Shown here one piece after another: positions 9,081 through 18,482 of a stretch of 34,527 bases of DNA. The stretch covers positions 1 to 34,527 of the forward strand of contig CAZZHL010000001.1 of the NCBI GenBank assembly GCA_964653945.1, written 5' to 3'. This DNA comes from an uncultured Pirellulales bacterium. Lineage in GTDB: Bacteria > Planctomycetota > Phycisphaerae > Sedimentisphaerales > Anaerobacaceae. Position 1 is the stretch's first letter; every line of letters begins with the position of its first letter. The translations under genes were made by a program, and so were the position numbers. The notes beneath the pieces are model-generated. The model was given only the letters and a program-made list of their open reading frames with translations, had not been told where the DNA came from and ran no database searches.

Positions 9081-9824
9081 ATGAATTACGAGTTTAGTAA
9101 AGAGAACATCTCGCAGCATGTCATAAAATACGGCGTGGATGTTCGTCCGGCTATATCTCTCAGGGACGACAAAACAAAGCTGCAGGACTATTGCAACTGG
9201 CTGATTGAGCAGTTCCCACAGGCCTTTGAGACCATCGTATCCGGTCCAAGCCAGCTAAGAGTGCAAAAAACCTTCGTTTTAGACAACAACAAGCGGATCG
9301 AACTGCCGACATTTATCATGACCGCACGAGGACCCGTTTTCACTTTTCCACTGCGAATGTTCATTAACGAGGTGCAGGATATAGATATTCCCGAAAAGGA
9401 TAAAATATTGCGCAAAGCCCTTGATGAGCTAAAAAACACATTCGCCGACAAAAAAATTCCGCGTGTTGGCGTGATTAACGAACTGGTTTTCGACACAGGC
9501 GAAATCAATTCCGTCCAAATTCTCGCCAGCAGCCTGAAAAACGATATCTGGAGAGAGAAGCTCAAAAATCTGACTATCAATCTTCAGACCCCAACCCAGG
9601 ACAAAAATATTAATCTTCAAATGAGGCCGACCCACGCTAAACAATCAGGCAAAGAAGCCGTGGAATATGGTGGAGATATTCGGTTCGGCCTGATTGTAAA
9701 CGTTGATATTAACAATCTGCAAATGAGGGACGACCTAACGAAGCCCGAAATAAATGACATTCTTGCATTTGCCAATGACTATGTCCCCGATGAGCTAATA
9801 AAATTTTTGAATAACGAGTATTAG
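9081..9824 (+). CDS. Hypothetical protein
   Basis: 247-aa ORF with GGAGG upstream and normal amino-acid composition. No diagnostic motif recognised. Confidence 0.65.
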   Translation: MNYEFSKENISQHVIKYGVDVRPAISLRDDKTKLQDYCNWLIEQFPQAFETIVSGPSQLRVQKTFVLDNNKRIELPTFIMTARGPVFTFPLRMFINEVQDIDIPEKDKILRKALDELKNTFADKKIPRVGVINELVFDTGEINSVQILASSLKNDIWREKLKNLTINLQTPTQDKNINLQMRPTHAKQSGKEAVEYGGDIRFGLIVNVDINNLQMRDDLTKPEINDILAFANDYVPDELIKFLNNEY

Positions 9825-9968
9825 CAAACCCCTACAAAATTCAGGACAATCTTCCAACAACAAGCCAAATTTTCCAGCTGGCTTAATCTGTCCGTTATCA
9901 ATTCCAGCTTCGCCGACAGAGCCGACACCGATAAGGCTAAGGATAGGGCTTAAGGAAGGGCAAAATAA

Positions 9969-10051
9969 AACCCCGGCTCAGCAGGGGGTTAAAAGGAGAA
10001 CAGGGCTGGGTGCGGAGGGAGAGGAAAAAGCGAGATATCCCCAGCCCTGTT
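9969..10051 (-). terminator. Tandem hairpins with a U-tract on the minus strand (candidate intrinsic terminator or sRNA 3' end)
   Basis: AACAGGGCTGGG (9999-10010) and CCCAGCCCTGTT (10040-10051) form a perfect 12-bp stem with a purine-rich 29-nt loop. AACCCC (9969-9974) pairs with GGGGTT (9985-9990). Read on the minus strand, the second hairpin is followed by TTTTATTTTG. Confidence 0.4.
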
Positions 10052-10404
10052 GAATGCTTAAAAAATGGGTTTTATCAAATAACTCTTTTCAAATATACTA
10101 ATTTTCAAAAGAATTTGTTCGTACCGGCGGAGATAATATTCATTGTAAATGACTAACTTAAAACGTTTCCATTGAATACTCTCGCCATTATATAAAATAA
10201 TTTTTACCTTATATCTTGTCAAGTATTATATCAAAAATATTTCACACAAAGTTCTTGTTGTCTGCAGAAAATCCGACAAGCCTAATTCCGGCCTATACTT
10301 ACATTTCTGTAGCGATGTCTTACAAAAATTACAAAAAGCCGCTGACTCAGTCTTATCGGCAGAATCAGCAACTTTGCCGAAGGCTGGATATCAAAAACCC
10401 ATTA

Positions 10405-10433
10405 TTGACGAAATAACTGCAGTGCACTATCAT
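10405..10433 (+). promoter_or_regulatory. Candidate promoter upstream of aspS
   Basis: TTGACG (10405-10410), 17 nt, TATCAT (10428-10433). Confidence 0.4.
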
Positions 10434-10514
10434 AAAGACGCGTATAATATATGCTTATAAAGAACCTTAATTAGTAGATTCAAACACAGGGTACGGATTA
10501 AGAGAGATTTTACG

Positions 10515-12338
10515 ATGCTAAAAAGAACACATAATTGTGGACAGCTTCGGCTGGACGATGCCGGCAAAAAAGTAACACTGGCTGGCTGGGCTCAATCCTA
10601 TCGCGACCACGGCAATCTGGTTTTCATTGATTTACGCGATAGATATGGCCTGACCCAACTTGTCTTTAATCCTGAGAGACATCCCGGTGCACACAAACCA
10701 GCGAGAGCAGTTCGTTGCGAGTGGGTAATAGCCGCTAAAGGCATTGTTCAGCTGAGAAGCGAAGGTATGGCAAATCCTAAGCTGCCAACAGGCCAAATCG
10801 AGGTGGCTGTCGAGCAACTGGAAATTCTAAATATCTCCAAAACACCGCCCTTTGAAATCGATAGCGCCGAAAAAACGTCCGAGGAGCTTCGGCTGAAAAA
10901 TCGCTACATTGACCTTCGTCGAACAGAAATGCAGCACAAACTGCACCTACGACATCGCGTAACCAAAATTACGCGGGGCTATTTCGATGCGCTGGGCTTC
11001 TGGGAGATTGAAACGCCGATGCTGGCAAAAAGCACACCGGAAGGAGCAAGGGATTTCCTCGTACCAAGCCGATTGCTTATAAGCTGCTTCTACGCACTGC
11101 CTCAGTCGCCACAGTTGTTTAAGCAAATCTTAATGGTAAGTGGTATCGACAAATACTTCCAGATAGTTCGCTGCTTCCGCGATGAAGACCCGCGGGCCGA
11201 CAGACAGGCGGAATTTACGCAGATAGACGTCGAGATGAGTTTTGTTGACAGCAACGATGTCATCGGCGTACACGAAAACCTTGTCGCAAAAATCTTCAAG
11301 CAAATTCTCGACGTGGATGTAAAGGTACCTATGCGGAGGTTGTCTTACAAAGAAGCGATAGACGATTACGGCACCGATAGGCCGGATTTACGCTTCGACA
11401 TGAAGCTGCGAGATATATCCGATATTGCAAAACAAAGCTCATTCAAAGTATTTACAGCGGCGGTTGAACAGGGCGGCATCGTGAAAGGACTCTGCGCACC
11501 CGGCGAAAAGTATTCCAGAAGTGATATCGAAAAAAACCTGACCAATTTTGTAGCCGATTACGGCGCTAAAGGCCTGGCCTGGACAAAGGTCAAAGGTGAA
11601 AATAACAAGTTGGTGATGGCTGGCGGTTCGGCAAAGTTCTTCAGCCCCGAGCAGCAACAGCAGGTTATCGAACGCTTCGGCGCAAAAGACGATGATATGC
11701 TTTTATTTGTCGCTGGCAAACAGGCCGCCACCAACAAAGCCCTTGCGCCTTTACGCTGCAAGCTGGCCAGAGACCTGAAGCTCTACGATGAGAATAAATT
11801 TGAATTTCTATGGGTGGTGGACTTTCCGCTGTTTGAATGGAACGAGGATGAGAAGCGATATGATTCTCTGCATCATCCGTTTACTTCTCCTGTGTCTGAA
11901 GACCTTGAAAAGCTCGACACAGACCCTGCCAATATCCGCTCCCAGGCCTACGATATTATCGTCAATGGCAGCGAGATTGGCGGCGGCAGCATTCGTATTC
12001 ACAACCCAAAGGTTCAGCAGAAGGTCTTTGACCTGCTGAAAATCACAAGACAGCAGGCACAGGAACGATTCGGTTTTTTCTTAAAGGCCCTCGAATACGG
12101 CGCTCCGCCGCACGGCGGCATTGCTCTCGGCCTGGACAGACTGATTATGATACTCACAGGCACGGATAACATCAGAGACGTCATTGCATTTCCAAAGACC
12201 CAGCGAGGCCAATGCCTTTTAACTGATGCGCCAAGCGAAGTTGACCAGAAGCAGCTCGACGAGCTGAATCTGCGCACTCAAAAACACTCGCACAAACCTC
12301 AGTTGCAAAATCAAAGCGCTTCTGAAGGTGGCGCATAA
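10515..12338 (+). CDS. aspS: Aspartate--tRNA ligase
   Basis: 607 aa. Class IIb signatures: FIDLRDRYGLTQLVF, QSPQLFKQILMVSG, FRDEDPRADRQAEFTQIDVEMSF, GGGSIRIH and GAPPHGGIALGLDRLIM. Confidence 0.97.
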   Translation: MLKRTHNCGQLRLDDAGKKVTLAGWAQSYRDHGNLVFIDLRDRYGLTQLVFNPERHPGAHKPARAVRCEWVIAAKGIVQLRSEGMANPKLPTGQIEVAVEQLEILNISKTPPFEIDSAEKTSEELRLKNRYIDLRRTEMQHKLHLRHRVTKITRGYFDALGFWEIETPMLAKSTPEGARDFLVPSRLLISCFYALPQSPQLFKQILMVSGIDKYFQIVRCFRDEDPRADRQAEFTQIDVEMSFVDSNDVIGVHENLVAKIFKQILDVDVKVPMRRLSYKEAIDDYGTDRPDLRFDMKLRDISDIAKQSSFKVFTAAVEQGGIVKGLCAPGEKYSRSDIEKNLTNFVADYGAKGLAWTKVKGENNKLVMAGGSAKFFSPEQQQQVIERFGAKDDDMLLFVAGKQAATNKALAPLRCKLARDLKLYDENKFEFLWVVDFPLFEWNEDEKRYDSLHHPFTSPVSEDLEKLDTDPANIRSQAYDIIVNGSEIGGGSIRIHNPKVQQKVFDLLKITRQQAQERFGFFLKALEYGAPPHGGIALGLDRLIMILTGTDNIRDVIAFPKTQRGQCLLTDAPSEVDQKQLDELNLRTQKHSHKPQLQNQSASEGGA

Positions 12339-12433
12339 GGCATATGAATCATTGAAAACACCGTTAAAACGGAACGCTAAATATTTAGCCTGCCGTTTGC
12401 CGTCAGGCATGGCCAAGTCCATTACGGCAGGTT

Positions 12434-14089
12434 TTGACTTTGGGTATTGATACTATGCGGATGGGATTGAAGCCCATTGTGTTGAAGATTTTGAAGTTGC
12501 TCCGGTTATCGCCTCTTTCACTGGCGAGAAAGTGTCAGCTTGCATTTGGAGCGGCGGTGGTTTTTGTCTTGACTGTTGCTCTTGTTTTACCCTACATCTG
12601 GATGATTCAACTCACGAAAAAAGCCTCTCTGGACGCTGGGCGGGCCTCATCACAGATACTTCTGCGTCGGCACTTCCAGAAACAACAGGTCGGTGAAACA
12701 ACGTTGCCGGCACTTGGTAATACCGGTGCCGTGCTTGACGTAAACGCTCCTGATTTGCTGTGGATGCGCTTCACAAAACAACAGGATAATAAGTCCGTCG
12801 CAGGCGGACAGGCTCTTACCGATGAGCAAAGGGAAATGGTTGAGCTCTTAAAATACGACCAGAGCAGAGACGACAGTGTTACTTTTGCCAGATATGACGG
12901 CCTGCTGCACAGCAACTACGTGCGGATTTTCAGGGCCGCCGATAACTGTATAAGCTGTCATAATCCGCAGGGCTCTGCCAGCCCTTTCAGCAAAAATGAA
13001 CCGATTGGCGCCGCGATTGTTCAGCGACCAGCCGATGAAGTCAGCAATACAACCCTTATGAACCTCCTCTGGATAATTGTCGCTGGTTTGATTGGCGGAA
13101 CAGGTGCCGTCGTCGCATTTTATATGATAACCCAACGGGTCATCCTGCGGCCAATACGACAGCTGCGGGCGATGGTCAACAACGTTGCTGATGGAAATCT
13201 CGATACTAGAAGCTCAATTACAACCGGCGACGAATACGAGAAGCTCGCCAATGCCTTTGACCATATGCTTGATTCTCTGCAGGCTTTTCAGGAGAAACTA
13301 CGGCAGACAAACAAGCAGCTCGACGACAAAATAGTCGAGCTTTCCGAGCGGAATATAGAGCTGTTCAAGGCCAATAAATTAAAGAGCGAATTTTTAGCCA
13401 ATATCTCCCACGAGTTCAAAACACCTTTAAATTCGATTCTTGGATTTGCGCAAGTTCTCAAAGATAAATCCACTGCCCTAAAAGAAGATAAGGGCAAAAG
13501 ATACGCTGAAAACATCATCTCAAGCGGAAATCGCCTTTGGGCTATGATTAACGACCTGTTGAGTCTCGCAAAGACAGAGGCCGGTAAAATGGAGCTGCAT
13601 ATCGAACAGGCATCTGTATCAGAGCTTGTTAAAGACATCATCGCACAATTCTCTCTGCAGACAAAGAAAAAGAAAATCAAAGTCAAATTTCTTGCCGACG
13701 ATGATATCCCTATGCTTTCGACCGATGCAGGCAAAGTACAGCAGATACTTTACAACTTTTTTAGCAATGCTGTTAAATTCACGCCGGAGCAGGGCAGAAT
13801 CGAAGTTCGAGCACAACTGCGGCGGGAAGAAAACATGGTTCGCATTGCGGTTACCGATACCGGCTGTGGCATCGCCGAGTCCGATAAGGAAAAAATCTTT
13901 GAAAAATTCCGGCAGGTTGACGGCTCCTTAACTCGCCAAACGGACGGCAGCGGCCTGGGCCTTACCATCAGCAGGGAATTGGCCGCTATGCTGGCAGGAA
14001 TTATCGGCTTGGAAAGCGAGCTTGGCAGGGGCTCAACCTTCTGGCTCGAAATTCCCATCACACTCACCAAAGAAAAACAGGCCGACTAA
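12434..14089 (+). CDS. Sensor histidine kinase (two TM segments, periplasmic domain with CxxCH, HAMP, HisKA, HATPase)
   Basis: H-box FLANISHEFKTPLNSILGF and G-box GSGLGLTISRELA. HAMP-like RPIRQLRAMVNNVADGNLD. CISCH at 12947-12961. The start is uncertain: TTG at 12434, ATG at 12455 or 12461. Confidence 0.9.
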   Translation: MTLGIDTMRMGLKPIVLKILKLLRLSPLSLARKCQLAFGAAVVFVLTVALVLPYIWMIQLTKKASLDAGRASSQILLRRHFQKQQVGETTLPALGNTGAVLDVNAPDLLWMRFTKQQDNKSVAGGQALTDEQREMVELLKYDQSRDDSVTFARYDGLLHSNYVRIFRAADNCISCHNPQGSASPFSKNEPIGAAIVQRPADEVSNTTLMNLLWIIVAGLIGGTGAVVAFYMITQRVILRPIRQLRAMVNNVADGNLDTRSSITTGDEYEKLANAFDHMLDSLQAFQEKLRQTNKQLDDKIVELSERNIELFKANKLKSEFLANISHEFKTPLNSILGFAQVLKDKSTALKEDKGKRYAENIISSGNRLWAMINDLLSLAKTEAGKMELHIEQASVSELVKDIIAQFSLQTKKKKIKVKFLADDDIPMLSTDAGKVQQILYNFFSNAVKFTPEQGRIEVRAQLRREENMVRIAVTDTGCGIAESDKEKIFEKFRQVDGSLTRQTDGSGLGLTISRELAAMLAGIIGLESELGRGSTFWLEIPITLTKEKQAD

Positions 14090-14226
14090 CACCGGGCAAA
14101 TCAAAGAATCTTAGTCCGTCATTCCGGCCTTACTTGCCCACCATTTATTTGGAGGGAGCCGGAATCCACATTTGATGGATACTGCTGTTGGATAATCATC
14201 AAGAATTAAGCATCCACACTTTTCTC

Positions 14227-14255
14227 TTGACTTTCCTAAAGAAATATTCTATAAT
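14227..14255 (+). promoter_or_regulatory. sigma70-type promoter, paralogous to the one at 15865
   Basis: TTGACT (14227-14232), 17 nt, TATAAT (14250-14255). The whole TTTCTTGACTTT(C/T)CTAAA...CTATAAT block is shared with 15862-15892. Confidence 0.65.
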
Positions 14256-14460
14256 GAACGCCAGCTTTGAGGTAATCTTCGAAGCTCGTTCAACGGAGGA
14301 ACCCAGCTACGCCAATGCTACGCTGCGGCGAGCATTTCGTAATTTCACACGGCAGTGATTCTTGAATCTGACAATTGGGGATTGGTGATTATTTAACCAT
14401 TTAACTGTAGTTCTCTGTGAGCTCGGTGATAAATAATAAGTAGTTTTGAGGAGAAGAGTG

Positions 14461-15645
14461 ATGAAATGTAAATCAATTTTCGCATTTGGGTTTTTTGCTG
14501 CGGTAGTATTGTTTCTGTGTGTTTGCCCCGCGTCTGGTGTGACCGAATTCTACGACGGCCAGGCAAAGTTTACTCTTGATGGTGGCGGTTTTCAGATGCT
14601 GAATGGGGGTATTCCTGCCGGGATATGGTCTCCTAAAAGTTTTATAATGGACTATGCCGAAGGTTCTACGCCAGGAGCATTTGAGTATATGGAAACAAGA
14701 TTCTGGTCCATTGGTGATGGTGATGTATCAAATGGTGGATATAGAGGAAGATTTAATTTTTATATAATGGATGGCACTAATATTCCTTTGCAACCACATG
14801 AAATTCCAGTATTTACAATAGATAATTTTGGAAGAGCGGCCTGCGGCAATATGGGAAACGGCACACCAAATCCGCCTTCAGATTTTGCTATTTTTCAAGG
14901 AGATAATACTTTCAACAACGGCCTTTGGATTATTAAAAGCGAATATAGTAGGCAAGGATTAAATACTGCATGCCAGAAAAATTATGCAAGGCAGTTTTGT
15001 ATAGATGACAGCAACACGCTACACATAAGATGGGCTGCAACGGGCTCAGATATCAGTATTGATGAAGACAGCAATGTTGAGGTCGGAGGAAGTTTAGGCA
15101 TTCAAGCATATCCCCAAAAGAATTTGCATGTTGGAGCAGGAACTGACACTCCAATAGAAAATGCCGAAGGCATTACTGTTCAAAATGAGGGTGCTGCTGG
15201 AGTAAGCATTAGAGATGCAGCAAATAATGTAGAATTATTTTTACATGCAGATAATAGACAAGTTTGCCTTGGTACTAATACAAACCATAGTTTATCGATA
15301 AGAACAAATGATGTAGATAGAATGAAATTTGATACTTCGGGCAATGTCAGCGTCGAAGGCAATTCAATGATAATTAAAAACAACAAAACGCCCAGCAACT
15401 CACTTGATACAGGTACAAAAGGCCAGATATGCTGGGACGCAAATTACCTGTATATTTGTGTGAACACCAATACCTGGAAAAGGGTGAAACTTTCAGACTT
15501 TCAAACAAATGCTCAACCGGATGTTCCGGAAGATGTTCAACCAGACGTTCCGGAGGACGTTCAACCAGATGTTCCAGCAAATGATCAACCAGACGTTCAA
15601 AATAAAATTAGACAATATCCCCCGTGGATCAGGAAGAGGCGGTGA
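14461..15645 (+). CDS. Secreted hypothetical protein with a tail-fibre-like central/C-terminal region and PDVPEDVQ tandem repeats
   Basis: ATG at 14461 with GAGGAG at 14448-14453; the ORF track starts at TTG 14446. Signal peptide MKCKSIFAFGFFAAVVLFLCVCPASG. NVEVGGSLGI...LHVGAG...RMKFDTSGNVSVEG and GQICWDANYLYICVNTNTWKRVKL resemble fibre-type repeats from memory only. Confidence 0.75.
   Translation: MKCKSIFAFGFFAAVVLFLCVCPASGVTEFYDGQAKFTLDGGGFQMLNGGIPAGIWSPKSFIMDYAEGSTPGAFEYMETRFWSIGDGDVSNGGYRGRFNFYIMDGTNIPLQPHEIPVFTIDNFGRAACGNMGNGTPNPPSDFAIFQGDNTFNNGLWIIKSEYSRQGLNTACQKNYARQFCIDDSNTLHIRWAATGSDISIDEDSNVEVGGSLGIQAYPQKNLHVGAGTDTPIENAEGITVQNEGAAGVSIRDAANNVELFLHADNRQVCLGTNTNHSLSIRTNDVDRMKFDTSGNVSVEGNSMIIKNNKTPSNSLDTGTKGQICWDANYLYICVNTNTWKRVKLSDFQTNAQPDVPEDVQPDVPEDVQPDVPANDQPDVQNKIRQYPPWIRKRR
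15514..15603 (+). repeat. 24-nt in-frame tandem repeat (about 3.75 copies) encoding QPDVPEDV
   Basis: CAACC(G/A)GA(T/C)GTTCC(G/A)GA(A/G)GA(T/C)GTT units start at 15514, 15538, 15562 and 15586. Units differ mostly at synonymous positions. Confidence 0.85.
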
Positions 15646-15864
15646 TTTGCTAATATACAATTAGAATCCGCAGAAACTGGAACAGGATTTGCTATTACGT
15701 ATACGTATTCGTAGCGTATTCGTATAGAGATATTTAATAATTACGAATTCGAATTCGAGCAATTTGAAAAATTGTTAACTCGATTTCGTTTCGATAAATT
15801 CGTCGCTCGTCTCTCGTGGCTCGAAGCAAAGTTCGATTTTAGCCCGTCAAAGTAGGTTTTTTTC

Positions 15865-15892
15865 TTGACTTTTCTAAAAAACATCCTATAAT
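15865..15892 (+). promoter_or_regulatory. sigma70-type promoter, paralogous to 14227
   Basis: TTGACT (15865-15870), 16 nt, TATAAT (15887-15892). Confidence 0.65.
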
Positions 15893-16007
15893 AGATACAA
15901 GATTTGCGGTAATTTTCGATGCTCGTTCATCGGAGGAGGAGCATTTCTTGATTTCACACGGCGGTGAATAGTTTCTAAAAGGCTTACTAAGCGAGGAGAA
16001 AGAGCTG

Positions 16008-17135
16008 ATGAAGAGCAAATCAATTCTTTTGGTGGTAGTGGTGTTGTTTTTGTGTGCTTGGCCTGCACTTGGGACAATTGAATTCAAAGATGGCCTGATA
16101 CATGACATCGACTATAAAATCGAAGACGATGTTTATGTGGACTATCAAACACCAGATATGTACACAACAGTAAACCTGCTGGACGGTGGAAGTTTAAATA
16201 CTCACTCTAGCCTGTGTGGGTATGAACACAGCAGAATAAATATCCTCGGTGGCTCAATGCACCACCTTAAAAGCTATGATTCCAGCCAGGTAAATATCTC
16301 CGACAGTGAACTATACGACCTTTATAGCCACGATTACAGCAAGATAAATATCCTCGGCGGCTCAATAAGGCATCTTTACAGCTATGATTCCAGCCAGGTA
16401 AATGTCTCCATCTCCAGCGGTTTCATGAACAATCTTAACAGCTATAATTCCAGCCAAGTCAATGTCTCCAGCGGTTCAATAACTACACTTAAAACCTACG
16501 ACTCCAGCCAGGCAGACATCTCAGGCGGCTCAATAGGATGGCTTAAGAGCTACGGTTCCAGCCAGGTAAATATCTCCGGAGGCGAAATAGAAGAGCGAAT
16601 TGACAGCCACGATTTCAGTCAGGTAAATATCTCCGGTGATCGGATAGATAAGCTTGTCAGCTACGATTCCAGCCAAGTAAATATCTCCGACGGATATATA
16701 CGCGATCTTCGGAGCTTGGGTTGCAGCCGAGTGGATATCTCCGATGGCTGGATAACCCAGCTTTCCGGTAGCGAATCAAGCCAGATTAATATTTCTGGCG
16801 GCAGAATATTCAGTATTGGTAGCACCACTCAAATAAACATCTCCGGCGCGGAAATGATATACAATATTCAGCTTGGCGCAAGAGGTAATGTAAAAATATT
16901 CGGCACCGATTTTGCAATTGATGGCCAGCCAGTCGTTTTCGGAGAGCTTACCAGCATCTATGGTGGCAGCACTCTGGATGAACCCTGGAGAAACCTGACA
17001 GGAACGTTGCTAAGCGGCGAATTTCTAGACACTGATTTTCGTATTGGCAACGATGCCAAGATTATCCTGATTCCCGAGCCGGCGACGATTTTGCTGCTTG
17101 GCTTAGGCGGATTATTTTTGAAAAGGAGAAATTGA
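16008..17135 (+). CDS. PEP-CTERM protein with about 20-residue SSQVNISGG repeats (beta-helix-like)
   Basis: 375 aa. Signal peptide MKSKSILLVVVVLFLCAWPALG. At least 10 degenerate repeats of Y(D/N)SSQVN(I/V)SGGxIxxLxS. C-terminus IPEPATILLLGLGGLFLKRRN. Confidence 0.85.
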   Translation: MKSKSILLVVVVLFLCAWPALGTIEFKDGLIHDIDYKIEDDVYVDYQTPDMYTTVNLLDGGSLNTHSSLCGYEHSRINILGGSMHHLKSYDSSQVNISDSELYDLYSHDYSKINILGGSIRHLYSYDSSQVNVSISSGFMNNLNSYNSSQVNVSSGSITTLKTYDSSQADISGGSIGWLKSYGSSQVNISGGEIEERIDSHDFSQVNISGDRIDKLVSYDSSQVNISDGYIRDLRSLGCSRVDISDGWITQLSGSESSQINISGGRIFSIGSTTQINISGAEMIYNIQLGARGNVKIFGTDFAIDGQPVVFGELTSIYGGSTLDEPWRNLTGTLLSGEFLDTDFRIGNDAKIILIPEPATILLLGLGGLFLKRRN

Positions 17136-18049
17136 TGAAAAGCAAAACAATTTTTTTGGTGGTAGTGGTATTGTTTCTATGCGCCTGCCCGGCCTTCGGT
17201 TTACTCCTTAAAGGCGGACTGACATATAATATCGACTATGAAATCAATGATCATATCTGGGTGGACTATGATGCACCAGGGATGTACACAACATTAAACT
17301 TGCTGGATGGTGCGAGCACAAGCTCTCCTTATCGCATTTTTGGATGCGAAAACAGTCGGATAAATGTCCTTGGTGGCTCAATTTTCTTTTTGCTCGGTGA
17401 TGATTACAGTCATATAGATGTTTCTGGCGGTTCAATAGACGATCTTAATTGCTTCGATTCAAGTCAGGTAGATATCACCGGTGCAATAACCGAATCTGTT
17501 TACTGCAATAGTTCCAGTTATGTAAGAATCTCAAATGGCTCAATAAGTAAATTATCCTGCCATGATTCCAGCCAGGCAGATATCTCCGGTGGTTATATAT
17601 CATCAATCTTTACCAACGACACTAGCCAAATAAATATTTCCGGTGGTGAAATATATGGCCTTTGCAGCAGCCATTCCAGCCAGGTAAATTTCTCTGGCGG
17701 CTCAATAGAAGCTATTCTTAGTTATCATGACGGCCAGGTGAATATCTCCGGCGGTTCGATATGCGGTGAGTTTTCGCTATATCACCAAAGTGAGATATTT
17801 ATATATGGCTGTGATTTTGCAGTTGATGGTCAGCCATTCGGTTACGGAGAACTAACCAGTATCTTTGGTGGTAGCTATTATGACGAGCCATTTAGGCACC
17901 TGACCGGTACGCTTCTAAATGGCGGATTTATTGATACTGATTTTCAAATTGGCCACGATGCAAGGATTGTTTTGATTCCTGAGCCCGCCTCCGCGATGAT
18001 ATTGGGTCTGAGTAGTTTCTTTTTCGCTTTAAGACGCAGGCGCCGATAA
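17135..18049 (+). CDS. PEP-CTERM repeat protein, paralog of 16008..17135
   Basis: The ATG at 17135 overlaps the upstream TGA (TGATG), with AAGGAG at 17123-17128. It has the same signal peptide, the same SSQxxISGG repeats and the shared block DFA(I/V)DGQP..GELTSI(Y/F)GGS..DEP.R.LTGTLL.G. C-terminus IPEPASAMILGLSSFFFALRRRRR. Confidence 0.85.
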   Translation: MKSKTIFLVVVVLFLCACPAFGLLLKGGLTYNIDYEINDHIWVDYDAPGMYTTLNLLDGASTSSPYRIFGCENSRINVLGGSIFFLLGDDYSHIDVSGGSIDDLNCFDSSQVDITGAITESVYCNSSSYVRISNGSISKLSCHDSSQADISGGYISSIFTNDTSQINISGGEIYGLCSSHSSQVNFSGGSIEAILSYHDGQVNISGGSICGEFSLYHQSEIFIYGCDFAVDGQPFGYGELTSIFGGSYYDEPFRHLTGTLLNGGFIDTDFQIGHDARIVLIPEPASAMILGLSSFFFALRRRRR

Positions 18050-18061
18050 ACTGGTATTTAG

Positions 18062-18142
18062 GCCAAAGCTCCGGCGGGTAAACCCGCGACGGTTTTGCTG
18101 CTCGGCCTCGGCGGAATGGCGCTTAGAAAAAGACGGCGTTAG
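18062..18142 (+). pseudogene. Orphan PEP-CTERM anchor fragment
   Basis: Open frame AKAPAGKPATVLLLGLGGMALRKRRR* lies 13 nt after the preceding stop. It has no start codon or upstream domain, and the PEP motif is degraded. Confidence 0.5.
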
Positions 18143-18482
18143 CTTTGAGCTTTGAGTTATAAGTTCTTAAACTGCAAGGGATTGTAAAAAAATCTGCTAT
18201 AAGTACCTTCCATATATAGACTTACAAAATATTTTCAATCAAATACGCAGGTAGTTGCGCGCAAAAACCGGAAAAAACGAAAATTTTTTTATTCCTTTTC
18301 CTGCAAGCACTTAAAAAAATCCCATTTGTAAAAAATCATCCAAATTTCAATCAAATGTGCAGGTTCATCCTAATTATAGAGGGGCGACGACAGCCCCGTA
18401 TTGCGTGAAGCGTATCGCGTAGAGTTGATGAGTGAGATTGCTTCGCTTGGCTCGCAATGACATGTAAAAGTGGAGATTGAGT

